Positions 13,918 to 27,655 are shown, counted from the first letter of the stretch. The stretch is DNA of 64,000 nucleotides from Felis catus (GCF_018350175.1 NC_058368.1:97838001-97902000); one strand, 5' to 3'. Program-made: numbers and translations. The notes: generated by a model from the letters alone, not told the origin.

Positions 13918-14381
13918 AAATATTCATGTATCCATACTCGTACTCGGGTTTAACAGGTAGAATTTTTTATAATGATTGTACTAAAAATTTGCAGACTTTA
14001 TAATGAACATCACAGAGTTGATGCATATGGACATTTATATGAAAACTTGACAGTGAGAACAATAGAAAAGGAGGAAGAATACATTAAAGAAGATTAAAGA
14101 TAACACTTTCAAATAGCAAAGATACCATTGGAAAAGAAATACACACACTTGGGGTTGTGAGGTAGTAGGATTGTTCTAATTTTGGAATTCCAAACCCATG
14201 GATTCCAGTAAGAAATATCTTACTGTGTTCTTCCACTTGACAAAAATGAACTAGCTGGCAAGTATGAAACAATACGTTGTCATTTATGTTCATTGTTGTG
14301 ACAAAAATACCAGGCTTTCATGGTCCTTTGAAATTAGTGTGCCCACAGAAACATTTTGCACCTAAAAGTTACAGAGAGAGT

Positions 14382-14526
14382 GGGGCACCTGGGTGGCTCA
14401 ATCGGTTAAATATCTGACTCTGTTTCTTTCGTCTAGGTCATGATCTCATGGTTCCTGAGGTCGAGCCCTGCATTGGGCTTTGCTCTGACAGGACAGAGCC
14501 TGCTTGGGATTCTCTCTCTTTCTCTG

Positions 14527-14559
<33 letters not shown>

Positions 14560-14672
14560 TTCTCTCTCAAAATAAATAAATAAAATTAAAAAAAAAAGTG
14601 ATAGAGAGGGTGATAGGGATATTGTGTTTTTTTAAATACTTTTTTTTAATTTTTAAAAAATGTTTATTCATT

Positions 14673-14707
<35 letters not shown>

Positions 14708-14862
14708 GAGAATGTGAGCAGGCAAGGCACAGAGAGAGAGGGGGACAAGAGGATCTGAAGCAGGCTCTGTGCTGACAGCAGAGAGCCCAATGTGGGGCTC
14801 AAACTCATGAACTGTGAGACCATGACCTGAGCCAAAGTCAGACTGAGCCACCCAGGTGCCCC
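14382..14862. mobile_element. Tail-to-tail Can-SINE pair (+ 14382-14598; - 14640-14862)
   Basis: Two oppositely oriented bodies with a spacer of about 40 bp. Confidence 0.9.
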
Positions 14863-15227
14863 TTGAGTGTTTTGTAATGAATAGCCTAATGAAGAAATTA
14901 AGAGAATTTATAATCAATAGAATCAATAGCCATATCTGTCAATATCCATCCCACTGAATACTTGAATCCCCTTTTTAATGTACCTGGTGAGTAATTCTGC
15001 AATGTTCCTTTGCTTGGTTACCTCTAGGGATGGAGAATTCTGTTTTTCCTAAGGCAGGGGAGGGACTTCCCTTTCCGTGGGGAAATGGACTAAGCTAAGT
15101 GTTATAAAGTTCAGTGCAGTGATGAAACATGCTTGTTGGATAATCTGTTGATTTGGGTGTTTGCTTAATGAAACAGGAGAGATGAAGTTTCTTCTGTTCT
15201 GTAGAGTTAGTTCAGATCCTTTTAATG

Positions 15228-15282
<55 letters not shown>

Positions 15283-15568
15283 TAAGTGTTTTTCCCCCCT
15301 AATGTTTATTTATTTTTGAGGGAGAGAGAGAGAGAAAGCAAACAGGGGAGGGGCAAAGAGAGAGGGGGACAGATGATCTGAAGCAGGTTCTTTGCTGACA
15401 GCAGAGAGCCTGATGCGGGACTTGAACTCATGAACTGCGAGATCATGAGCTGAAGCAGGTTCTGTCCTGACAGCAGAGAGCCTGATGCGGGACTTGAACT
15501 CATGAACTGCGAGATCATGAGCTGAGCCGAAGTCGGACGCTTTACTGACTGAGCCATCCAGGTGCCCC
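15228..15568 (-). mobile_element. Can-SINE with an internal 72-bp tandem duplication; adjacent (TTTA)n
   Basis: Duplicated units at 15378-15449 and 15450-15521. Confidence 0.92.
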
Positions 15569-16403
15569 TCAAATCCTTTTTAAATGGGAGGGAGTGTGGT
15601 CTAATGGGGGGGAAAATACTAGACTTGCAGTCAAAAGGCCAGGCTTGGAATCAGGAGGCTGGCCTCGACTTCACACAGTTGTGGGTCTGAGGGCCAGTCC
15701 TGTGATGCCTGAGAATCCTTTACTTTATCTTGCCTGTTCTCTTCGTACATCTCATGGGGTGGTTTGAAGAGTCACATGACAGTGAACATGAAAGTGTTTT
15801 AGTAACTTTGCATTATGGTTCTCTGCCTTATCATTCATTAAACTGGTGTACAGGGCTCTAATTGTAGGCAGATGAGTGTGGACTTTAGTGATTCGGGTAT
15901 TTTGCTTAATTATACAGGAATTGTAAAGAGCTGGAGCATTTGTGGACATGGGTGGGGAGAGGGTAGGTTCTGATGCCAGGAGGGGAATGCATATTCCTGG
16001 AGGGTCAGGTTTTTTCATAGGTAGGAGATGCTCCCAGCTTCCTTGGCCTGAAGCAGTCTGTCCCAAATTCATTCCTCAGCCCATGGGGACCCTCCACAGC
16101 TTATTCTTGGTTCCCCTAAGGGCGGAGGTCGTAATCTGATTCCAGCAGCTAGATAGTGGCTGTAGGACCCCATGCATCTCTTTTCACCTTTCAAGGGGGA
16201 GGCTTTGTTGCTCACCTGATACTGATGGGTCTGCCAGATGGGGCAGATGTCTGGGATTCCGCCATTACCTGCCTACTTCCTGTCATTGGCAGCTTAGTTT
16301 TCTCAACACTGTGTTGTGCTTTTGGATTGGATTGACCCAATACCAAAACACTTCCTAAAAAATGCCCCTGTTTTCTAGACTTTGGAGACACTACATGTTA
16401 GAT

Positions 16404-16570
16404 CAGTGGGTCTCAAAATATGGTCTGGCGGACCACAGTATCAGTCAGCATCTGCGTATGTGTTCCAGAGGCAAGTTCTGGAGCCCCACTTCAAACCCCC
16501 TGAGTCAGAAACTCTGGGAGTAAGGTCCAGCAATCTATGTTTTAACAAGCTCCCCAGGGGATTATGATGA
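16404..16570. mobile_element. MER5A-like hAT MITE
   Basis: tgagtcagaaactctgggagtaaggtccagcaatctatgttttaacaagctcccca. Confidence 0.8.
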
Positions 16571-16670
16571 GCACCCTGTCCCGGACTGTCTGGTTACCCT
16601 CTGTGCAGGCAGATAAGGTCACTTTACCTCCTCCTCTTCCTGTCCTTCTTCTAGACAAAAGTTTTCTGCT

Positions 16671-16865
16671 GGGACACCTGGTGGCTCCGTTGGCTAAGCG
16701 TCCTTCTCTTGGTTTCAGCTCAGGTCGTGATCTTGTGGTTTTGTGGGGATCTGCACTGGCAGCGTGGAGCCTGCTTGGGATTCTCTCTCTCCCTCACTCT
16801 CTGCCCCTCCCCAACTCATGCCATCTCTGCCTCTCTCAAAAGTAAGCAAATTAACTTAAAAAAAA
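16671..16865 (+). mobile_element. Can-SINE
   Basis: Degenerate TSD aaaagttt(t)ctgc. Confidence 0.88.
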
Positions 16866-18014
16866 GTTTCTGCCTGGTGTCACCTTTTACCGTCTACCAG
16901 CCTACTGCTAAACTCCACCCAAAGGATCACCATGGCGTCTACATAGAAATAGTCTGGGTTAAATAAGATGACCACAAGAGCATAGCAAGCCACATGTTCC
17001 GGTGCTGTGATTTACAGGTATCCATTCTGATCTGCATTGCTCTGCGATGGCAAATAACATACAGTTTTCTCACAAACTAAAGAGATGCCACTTGGGTGTG
17101 GGGTGGAGAGGGTGGAGGGGCTTTAGGGATGGGAAGTCAGTTAGGATATTACCCCGTGTCATGCTCAGGATAGCTTTCCTTCTTTTCTCCTCCTCTTTTC
17201 CCTTCTAATTTTGTTTTACTTGCTTTCTACAGGAACGGATGAGCAGTTTGACAGTGTTATTAGCTAACGAAAAGAAGACCGTATTACCTTATTTATGGAC
17301 TTAGGGCGTTAATATCCAGAGGTTTAAATGGGAAAGGTGAGGTAGGTCTTCATGACTGCTACTTAATTTCTTCAGGAATACCTAAGTGGGAGCTACAATA
17401 CATCTTTGTTTAGCGGCTTTGGTTTTCATTAAATTTAATTAACTCTCCCAGAAGCTTTAAATTTAGGGCAACTTCAAAACGCAGGTGGCTTCTGTTAAGT
17501 ATAATTATATTCTGTTTATAGCTGCTGTGGAATGGGGAAGCTGGGCTGTCAGATCCAAAGCCTTTAACAGGCTCTCTAGTGTTTCAGGTTCAGAGAGTCC
17601 CATTTCCAAGCCCAGCCTGCCTGCCTGTCTTCTCACCTTCCTCTCTTCCTCCCTCCCCTTTTGCAGAAGGCTTAGGCTAATGTAAACTTAACAAAACCCA
17701 CCCAGTTATACTTACAACCTTACTAAAAAGTCAAGGTCAACATTACAGGGATGGTTTTGTCAGAAGGGCTCTAAGCCCAGCTGTTGATCCCTGGGGCAGG
17801 TTGGGGTCCTTGAGTTCACCAGATTCTGTGTCCAAAAAACCAAGTGGCCACCAGCACTGGAGAGGATGAGACAGAGATCTGGGCTGCCTTCATGGCAAAC
17901 ACCAACTGCTAGGGAATGGAGACTTAGGTGCACAGAGTGCCCTCACCTTCTGTTGGACCCTTTGCCTTTGAACTAAATGTATCCTTTTATATCTGGATTG
18001 ATTCATTTATCATG

Positions 18015-18056
18015 TTTTTTAAATTTACTTTTGATAGACAGCGAGAGCAAGGGAGG

Positions 18057-18132
<76 letters not shown>

Positions 18133-18268
18133 GAGAGAGAATCCCAAGCAGGCTCTGTGATGTCAACGCAGAGCCCGACACAGGGCTCACACTCACGAAC
18201 CCTGAGATCAGGACCTGAGCTGAAATCAAGAGTTGAACACTTAACCGACTGAGCCACCCAGGTGCCCC
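18015..18268 (-). mobile_element. Can-SINE with expanded (GA)n at 18061-18140
   Basis: Reverse-complement body with an ~80-bp GA microsatellite. Confidence 0.92.
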
Positions 18269-19150
18269 TATGCCTGGATTTAGAAAGGACCACGCAAATT
18301 TGTCACACAGGTAGTGCACTAGCATGACAGAAAGCCTTCTGATGTAACCATCAGTGTCCCCCAAATGACAAACCGAGTCACAGAAGGAATTTGCTCCAGG
18401 TCAGTTTTCTGCGCCCTCACCTATGTGCAGTCCTGCAAACTGAAGTGCATTTAGGGAGGGGTAGGGAGGACGAAGTGTTCTTAAACAGTACGCAAAACCT
18501 GCCCTTCCCACTCTGTCACGTTCATGGGAGATGAGCTCCTTCTCAGAGATGCCAGAACAGGTGCGCTGGGTCTGCAATTCAGCTGATTTGGGATCAGCGT
18601 TTTCTCCGCCTAGCCGAGAGCATAATGTATCATTGCAAAGATAATGAGAAAAGGTAGGAGTCTGATGAAGTCCAAAGTGTTTTGGTTCTCTTGATAGAAA
18701 CTACCCTTCCTTGGGTCTGAACTCGGACGATCTAGGTCGATTCGATTTTGTCGGAAGGAAACAATTTTCTTGTAAATTTGCAAGCAGATGCTGTCCCTAT
18801 TCATGTCCATTTTATTTGATTCCAGCTGTACTCCCGTGAACATTTAATGACATGCATAATTGTTATTATGGTCTGTGGTTACTGGGGATAAGTGTCAGGC
18901 AGTTGAATAAATCATTGTGATTAGTGCTAATTACCAAATGTTCCTAAGTTTTGTTTCTCTTTTACAGTTGTTTGGTATCTACAGTCAGCGATGCTATAAC
19001 CGATTTTTCAATACTACCAGTTTGCCTGTTATCCACGCACAATAAAAACATGTCTCTTCTTTCAGGATTGAATATGAAACTGGATGCCAGATGATATCTA
19101 GGAATTTTTTTAAGGGCAGCTGTGGTGTTCTCTTATGTAAGAAAATGTGC

Positions 19151-19320
19151 TGGGATGTCTGGGTGGCTCAGTTGGTTAAGTGATCGGCTCTCCATTTTAG
19201 CTCAGGTCATGATCTCACGGTTCGTCAGTTCGAGCCCCTTGTCGGCCTCTGTGCTGACAGCGCGGTCCCCTGCTCACACTTGCTCACTCTCTCTCAAAAA
19301 TAAATAAACATTTAAAAGAA
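19151..19320 (+). mobile_element. Can-SINE (internally deleted)
   Basis: Head and tail present, middle shortened. Confidence 0.85.
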
Positions 19321-19629
19321 AGTGTCCTTCTGTTAGAGAAATGACACACTGAATTATGTAGGGTCAAAGAGATAAGAGTTGATGATACTGTTCTGTTTTT
19401 TGTGCACATTTGAACATTTTCATAAAAAAAGGTAGTCCCCTCATATATGTAAGTGTAGTGCAAAGCCAATGCATCTCATCCTCCCAGATATCAGGTTCCA
19501 GTCACAGCCCTCCTTCCAAAGGTGGCCAGTAATGCTGGCTCAGTCACACCCCCTTTTTAGGAAACTGCCCTGTTCACAGTTCTTGATATCCTTAATTATA
19601 GGCTATAGCCTTTTTCATTATGCCTCTTT

Positions 19630-19819
19630 TTTAAAAAAAAATTTTAATGTTTATTTTTGAGGGGGGTAGAGAGAGAGAATGGGGGTGAGGCAGACAGAGA
19701 GGGGGACAGAGGATCTGTGCTGTCCACAGAGGCTGACTCAGGGCTCGAATTCATGAATGGTGAGATCATGACCTGAGCCAAAGTTGGATGCTTAACCAAA
19801 TGAGCCACCCAGGCGCCCC
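19630..19819 (-). mobile_element. Can-SINE
   Basis: Reverse-complement body. Confidence 0.88.
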
Positions 19820-20144
19820 TCATTACCCTGACTTCTTGGACACAGTAAGTTGAGGTAAAAGGCTATATTGTGGCCTTAGGTCTAAGCTGTGTTTTCCAAC
19901 TCTGTTTATAAGAAGCTGCTCATTTAGGGGAATCACTGGATATTTGTGTAATCCAACGAAAGACATTGATCCAGTGACCTACCACCCTCTGTCCAGTTTG
20001 AAAAGATGAGTAAAGAGTCCTGGGAAATGCTGGGGGTCCTCCTGAGTTTTTGTGATAACAAGAGACACCCCTGTGTGTCCTAATGGGCCCAGGATCCTGG
20101 CATCTGGTGTGGCACTGGTGTGTGTAGGAAAGGACAAGTTGTGT

Positions 20145-20578
20145 TTTTTTTTTTTATGTTTATGTTTATTTTTTTATTAAAAAATTTTTTTGAATGTTTA
20201 TTTCCTTTTGAGACACAGTGCAAGCAGGGGTGGGGCAGAAAGAGAGGGAGACACAGAATCCAAAGCGGGCTCTAGGCTCTGAGCTGTCAGCACAGAGCCT
20301 GAAGTGGGCTTGAACTCACGAGCCATGAGATGATTTGAGCTGAAGTCGGACGCTTAACCGACTAAGCCACATAGTTGCCCCCATGTTTATTTACTTTGAG
20401 AGAGAGAGAGAGAGAGCACATGTAGGGGAGGGACAGAAAGAGAGGGCGACAGAGGATGTGAAAGGGGGCTCCGCGCTGACAGTAGCGAGGCTGAGGCGGG
20501 GCTTGAACTCATGAACCCGCAAGATCATGACCTGAGCCGAAGTGGGACGCTCAACCAACTGAACCACCCAGGCGCCCC
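20145..20578 (-). mobile_element. Two tandem Can-SINEs
   Basis: Bodies at about 20145-20382 and 20385-20578. Confidence 0.9.
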
Positions 20579-21509
20579 AAGGCATGCTCTTGACATTCAG
20601 GCTGACCCTGTATGGCAGTTGGGATATTTGTGCTGGAGAACAAGGGCTCCAGTCCCTCAGGTGCCACTTTCCTCTGGCTTTGCTCCCACCTACCATATCC
20701 CTTCTATTTCCGGGAAACAATTCTCAACCATTCCCTGAAAATTTGCCCTCCAACTACTTGCTGCTGGCCAAAACAGCACTATTGGGAGAGGGTACCACAA
20801 TCTGTCCTCAGTGATTAAGTGCATAAAAGCGAACACCTGGCTGGGATGAAGCATTGGAATTCATTTACCTTGAAGTATAATCAGTCAAAAAAATTAAGTG
20901 GTGATATGAGAGGTTTTCTAATGAGAGGGAAGAAGGTGGTGGGGAGGGTGCCTGGCAAGCCGAAGAGGCCACTCAGGACTCACTCCGGTCTGTGCCTGGA
21001 CTAACAAAGGGCCTTCCTTCCTTCCTTCTGTGGCCTTGACTGCCTAAGGCAAGGAAGACCCCAAGGGGAACGGTGACCCTTGCTTTTGAAGCCAGGAGGC
21101 TCCCTGCTACATTTGCCTGAAGGAGATGAATTTCATTGCTCTGCAGTGTTAGGTTTTCTTTCTCCAAATGTGAAGGGGGAAGAAGCCTCTTAGCTTCAGA
21201 GAAGACAGGCAGCCATAACCAGAGAGCAGCCAACATGGCTGACGTGTTTTCCATGGACTTAGGAACCAGGGTGACCACCTCATTTTGGATAGTAGAACAG
21301 TTGGGTTCTCCTCTCTGACTCTGTGATGTCAAGTCGGGGGGCTGCACAACTGAACTGGGCCACACAAGGTCTTCTTATTTATGGTTTGAAATTCTTGCTC
21401 CGTGCCATAAATCAATTGTAGTCATTAATATGTTCTGGCATTGTTTTCAATCATTATGTTGGTTGTGAGAAGATAATTCAGAGGGTTTGTTGTGGGGGGG
21501 GTGGTGATG

Positions 21510-21778
21510 GTGTTTGTTTGTTTGCTTGTTTAATGTTTACTTTTGAGAAAGAGACAGAGTGCAATGGGGGAGGGGCAGAGAGGGAATGAGACACAGAATC
21601 CGAAGCAGACTCCAGGCTTCGAGCTGTCAGTACAGAGCCTGATACAGGGCTCGAACTCACGAAATTTGAGATCATGACCTGAGCCAAAGTCAGACCTTTA
21701 ACCCTTAACCAAATGAGCCACCCCGTGCCCCTCGTGTTTTTTATTTTTTTCTCCTGCCCTTAGGGAGTTCACAGTTTA

Positions 21779-21815
<37 letters not shown>

Positions 21816-22223
21816 TTTGATAGAGAGGGAGAGAGAGTGAGCATTCAGGGAAGGGGCAGAGAGAGGGAGAGAAAGAATCCCAAGCAGGCTCCACACTGTC
21901 AGCGCAGAGCCTGATGCAGGGTTCAAACTCACAAATGGTAAGATCATGACCTGAGCCAAAATCAAGAGTCAGTTGCTTAAATGACTGAGCCAACTGGTGT
22001 TTGTCTTTTTCATTTATTTATTTATTTTATTTTTTTGAGAGAGAGACACACACAGAGTGTGACTGGGGGAGGGACAGAGAGAGAGGGAGACACAGAATCT
22101 GAAGCAGGCTCCAGGCTCTGAGCTGTCTGCACAGAGCCTGACGTGGGGTTTGAACCCAGGAACCAGGAGATAATGACCTGAGCCTAAGTCAGACCCTTAA
22201 CTACTGAGCCATGCAGGCACCCC
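21510..22223 (-). mobile_element. Three Can-SINEs (about 21510-21731, 21775-22000, 22010-22223)
   Basis: The third has TSD ggtgtttgtcttt at 21996-22008 and 22228-22240. Confidence 0.9.
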
Positions 22224-23089
22224 ACCAGGTGTTTGTCTTTAGTAAAGATTATCCATGACTTCTCCCCAAACTATCCCAAGGTAATCAGCACATAATTTTG
22301 CTCGATGATGAAAATAGCAGTGCCCTGTGAAACCTCTTTTGTGCCAGGGACTCTGAGCCGAAGCTATATTGTGAGTGCATCTGTAAATGGCTGGGCCTGA
22401 ACAGGAATGAATTAAGGGGACTGTCAGGGGGATGTGAATCCCAGTCACATTACCCCCTCTTCTAGCCTCATCCAGCCTTTATTGCAGCCATGAGCTCATT
22501 GAGGGCATGGTTTTGCCTTTCTGAATTGTTCACAAGCTATTAAAGTGTTTGTAATAGTGGAAGCCAATATCAGATACTTCTCCATCCTATGAGTTTGGAG
22601 TCACTTGAAAATGTGCAGGGACTTCCGGAATTGCTAGTTTATGTCGAACCCTTAAAAGGGCTTGTGCTTTTAGAGGAATCTAAATAGTCAGGAGACTATT
22701 AGTCAGGAATCCTGACCTGGTGAGCAGTTTTCATCTGCTTTCAGAATATGACTAAAGTTTTTCTTCAGCAGGCTTTATCAGTGTCAGAAGATATGTGGTG
22801 ATAAAGCCGTGATACTGAGACAAGGGTAACAACAGTCCAATAATGAAGCAGAGGGAGTCTGGAAAATTCTGGAAATCTAGGTAAGGGAGGAAGGTCCAGA
22901 ATCTAGAAGGCCAGGAAATCTGCCAGATTTGGCAAGTGGTTTGCAAAATCCACCATATCTCGAAGTAGGCCGCCAACGAGTTTTTGACGGTGCTACCTGT
23001 TTTTCCAATCTTTTCAGTCTTTGCAATTGGTATGCGTTGAGAAAAGTTAGTATCTTTCCAGATAAGAGGTTAATGCCATGGGATTTATG

Positions 23090-23232
23090 TAGTGGTTTCC
23101 AAATTATGGTCATTGCACAAGCAGTGTCTTTACCATACGGTTCATTGTTGGAAATGCAAGTTCTTGGGCCTGGTCAGACCTACTGACTCAGCAGTCTGTG
23201 TTAACAAGTTTCCAGGTGATTCTGAGGCATGG
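23090..23232. mobile_element. MER5A-like hAT MITE
   Basis: ttgttggaaatgcaagttcttgggcc..cagacctactgactcag..taacaagtttccaggtgattctgaggca. Confidence 0.75.
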
Positions 23233-24929
23233 TCAGGTCACAGCACCACCCCGTCTCCATGCCTTCAGTGGATTCCAGCCCCAGGAAGGTGGGATTTCCA
23301 GAACTCTTTGGTGAGAGGCGGTGGAGATCAGAGCCTGGTCTTCAAGCTCTTTTAGTAGCAAATGCTTATGTGGCCCGTTGAGCTGGGGTGGTGCAATTCG
23401 GCCACAAAGCCAACCACAATTTTTTGTTTTTTTTTCTAAAGCTCTGGAAGGTATCTCGCCTGTTTTAGTATAAAATACTCCTGAGCCTAAGAAGGGCAGT
23501 ACTGACTTCATAAGGCAAAGGAAAAAGGGCAATTCTGGGAAACACCAAGATACATACCTGACTCATGGTGATTAAGTTGACAACATGAACATCACTGGGC
23601 CCCAGGGGGAACTTATGTGATGATATTAAATGGAAATGTATCCAAATGATTGTGCATAAAAATTAAATATGGATGGATAGTTACCATGAAACTGTTGAAT
23701 TTCAGGAAAGGCAATTTTCGTTTGCAGAAATTACATTTTTAACTCTATGGCGGCTCAGAGGCAACATCAGGAGACTATAAGCATCATGGGAGTTTTGCCC
23801 ATGTAGCCTGGGATCGGTTGTAACGGGTCCGAGGTGAGAAGCAAATTGTATGAAAATGGAATGTGAAACCTGTCTTGCAAATCATTATATTTGTGTAGTC
23901 CTTCAGATTAAAATGAATTCATTAGGTAATGCAAGGAATTCTAGTTGGGATATGGAATTTTATGACTATTCTCCTTTATAAATGTAACCAGAATGGATTA
24001 GGTGGCCACTGGGTAGACGTAAGTGTAATAATGTTCTCTTTAGTGAAATAGCTTGCGGAAGAATCAGTCGCTTTAGTATGAAGGGCGAGGAAGCTTTTGG
24101 ACCACAGACTTACACGAACATGAAATGATCCAAAATTAAAAACAAACTATACCTCAAGCCAAACTCAAGGCTTTCTGAAAGATGAGAACCCTTATATGCA
24201 TAATGGAGAAACCATCTATAAAACTAAAAATATCACCTTGGGGATGCCTTACCTTTGGGATATGAGGCTCTCAATCTTTTAAAATTACCCCTTCCCTTGC
24301 ATGGATATTATATGCTGAAGAAAATTAGAGAACTCTTTCTGGCTGATTGGCTTCCCTCTCAGGCTATCCCGAAAGGTGAAATTATTTTTTAGAAGGCTGG
24401 ATATAATATCAGACACCGACTAACAAAAGAGTTTCTCAACTCCTTGTGTGTCTCCTCTATGACTGATCCTTCCCATTATATCTTTCAGAAATAAATTGTG
24501 ACTTAGATTTCCATGCGTCATTTTTGTAAACAATAGTCTATTAAATCTTTTAATAAAATATGTGCTAGCTGTTACTAGAAAAAAAACTGGAGTAATACAT
24601 CTTCCTTGGAGTTCTAGTGAGAGTTCTTTTATGTTAATAGTGTTCTTTTTAACAAATGAAGCTTCAGGGTAAAACTCCATTCAGTAACACCTATGGGAAA
24701 TAAATGATAAGCAATAAACCGTAATCAGAAATGCAATCAGAAAACAGGGAAACAGGCTAGCTTTTAACTTAAAGCTGGTTTTTTTTACCTCATAGGACAT
24801 AAGCTGATCCAGGAAAGCTGGAGATATACGTCTATATGTAGTTATTAAATTAGGCAAGAGCACCTCTTCCTATAGCAGGCCTAAGTCTTTATAATTTACA
24901 GTAAGGTAAGAACACCTTCATTATGTTTA

Positions 24930-25006
24930 AAAAAGTTTTTTTAATGTTTTATTTATTTTTGAGAGACACAGAGTGCAAGCGAGGGGAGGGGCAGACAGAG
25001 AGGGAG

Positions 25007-25051
<45 letters not shown>
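24930..25051 (-). mobile_element. Truncated Can-SINE tail joined to (CA)n
   Basis: SINE 3' half, then CA repeat at 25009-25051. Confidence 0.8.
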
Positions 25052-25055
<4 letters not shown>

Positions 25056-26603
25056 AAAGATTACCTTAATATCTCCCAATAACATGAACTTGATACACTG
25101 AGCTTGGTGATGTATCCTACCCTTGTTCTCAAATGGCTGTGGGCTCAAGTTTGATCTTTTCTGGGGCCATTGTGTGGGAGTGAGACTGAGGTAGGGCAGA
25201 TGCAGGCAACTACTGAAGAGGCCTGAAAGGGAGCAGGGATCTCTTTAGCCCAAATCTGCAGCATTGGGCAACCGGAGACATTTCTGGAATTGCTGGCAGT
25301 GACCTGAAAGTTTTGGCCAGCCTTGGGTCCCAGTATTCTGCTGTGTATTTAAGCCAGAGCAGACAATTACCACTAGATGGCATCACATTGCAGCGAGCCG
25401 GGTAAGTGTGAACTTTGTGACGTTGCCCCTCTTAGCCCCTGGTTGTGCAGGCTTGCCCCCAACATCTGGTTCACCTTGCAATTCAACAGCTCTGCGCTTA
25501 CACAATGGATTTCTTTTGTTTGTTTGCACTCTACTTATCCAATTATGGGATTTTCTCTCCTATAGGCAAGGGAACTTAAAACAGATGAAATGGATATGTT
25601 CCTTGAAAAACATAAAATGGCGGAACTAGTGCAAATATAGAACACTTGAATAGAACCATCAATATTAAACAAATATTTCAGGAGGCTTCCCCTCCCTGGG
25701 ACCCCAGGCTCAAGTTGTTTTACAGGTAAGTTCTACCAAACTTCCAAGAAACAGTTCATTTCTAACTCCTCCTAGATGTTCCAGAGAGTAAAAACTGCCC
25801 AGCTTATTTTATGGATCTAGAGAAATGAACAAGATTCACACTGTGTGTGGGGGTAGTGCACCCCTCTGCAGGGAGGTGGGGTTTCCTTAGTACCAGCTGA
25901 ACTCTTGGAGCATGGGTGATGCCCACTGTGCCCAAAGATGTGCCACAAGGCTGCCAGATCCTTCCATTGTCCCTTCTCTCCCTCTAGCTCTCCAGAAGAC
26001 TAGAGCTCTGTATGCTCTGGATTGGAGACCTAGAGGGGTAAGCGGGGACCACTGATGAACAAGGGGAGTGGTCCTCTGAAGGTGAAGCTGGGCCATGAAA
26101 AGAGGTACCTGAAGCCTGGGAACCACAAAATATCAGAACTGGGAGGGACCACAGAGACCACAGTTTCCAGATTATTGCACCATCACCTCTCTGACCAGGC
26201 TGAGTGAATGCCCTCTTCACTAGGTGAGGTTGTAACTACCTGTTAGCCACTCTCTCCTAGGACAGCTGGGACAGAAAGTCCTTCCTGGGACTGAGCTGAA
26301 ATCTACTTCTCTGGGGACTAACCAGAGAACATGATCTGTCTAGTTGAGGCGCTAACCCCGGGAAGTGAACAGCAACCAGCTGGGAAAAAAACAGAGACTT
26401 CGGGTCTGTGGTGCAGAGGTTATACAACCAGCGCTAAATCTGTGCTGGCTTTCACACACCTGGGGCTTGAAGCAGATGGAAACAGATCAAGGACGTGTAG
26501 GGTCCTGACCACAGGAGCCAATGGCAGCTGGGTTTGCTGCTTTGCATACACCTGCTGTTGCTGGATAGCACAGGGTATGAATGTGAGAGGCTTCTCTATT
26601 ACA

Positions 26604-27057
26604 TAGCTGTCTCCCCTTATCCGCGGTTTTACTTTCTGCGGTTTCAGTTACTCTCGGTTAACAAAGTCCAGAAGAAGATGGTCCTTCTTCTGACAGCAGT
26701 ATACGTAGCCGAATGCTACATCACAAAGCCTGTGTCATTCACCTCGATTCATTTTACTGCACACGCATGGTATCATCTCACGTGGTCCCGAGAAGAAGGC
26801 TGAGTATAGTATAATAAAATATTTTGAGAGGGAGAGACCACATCCACATAAATTTTATTGCAGTATGTTGTTATAATTGTTCTATTTTATTAGATGTTGT
26901 TAATCTCTGACTGTGCCTAATCTATAAATTAAACTTTATCATAGGTGTGTATGTAGAGGAAAAAACGTAGCCCATATAGGATTCAGTACTGTCTGTGGTT
27001 GCTGGCATCTACTGGGAGTCTTGGAACATACTCTCCACCGATAAGAGTGAACTGCTG
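26604..27057. mobile_element. MER44-like (Tigger7-derived) DNA transposon
   Basis: Left end ccccttatccgcggttttactttctgcggtttcagttac; right end ggcatctactgggagtcttggaacata..gataagagtgaactgctg (degenerate TIRs). Confidence 0.85.
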
Positions 27058-27410
27058 TCCAGATATCGTTTCTCTATCAGTCCATGGAGAGGGATGAGGG
27101 ATTCCCGCCAGAAAGACTGTATCTAGGAATTAACTTATTCAAGATTATGCACATGCTCTATGGAGACAAGTTTAAAATGTAAGTAAAGGACATAGAGGAT
27201 GATCTGAGTAAATGGAGAGACATTTCATGAGATGACTTAAACATGAACATGGTGATTCTTCATATATTATCTGTGATTTCAATTCAATCCCAATAAAAAA
27301 ATTTCATTTGGATTTTTTTCGATAAACTTGATAGGGTTTACTCTGAAATTTATACAGAATAATTAAAGTCCACAAATACTGAGCCAGTCTCTTTAAAAAA
27401 ATTTTTCTTA

Positions 27411-27619
27411 GGGGTGCCTGCGTGGCTCAGTTGGTTAGGCGTCCAACTTTGGCTCAGGTCATGATCTCACGGTTTGTGGGTTTGAGCCCCCCGTCAGGCT
27501 CTGTGTGGACAGCTCAGAGCCTGGAGCCTGTTTCAGATTCTGTGTTTCCCTCTCTCTCTGCCCCTCCCCTGTTCAGGTTCTGTCTCTGTCTCAAAAAATG
27601 TTTATTTTTTAGAGGGGGG

Positions 27620-27655
<36 letters not shown>

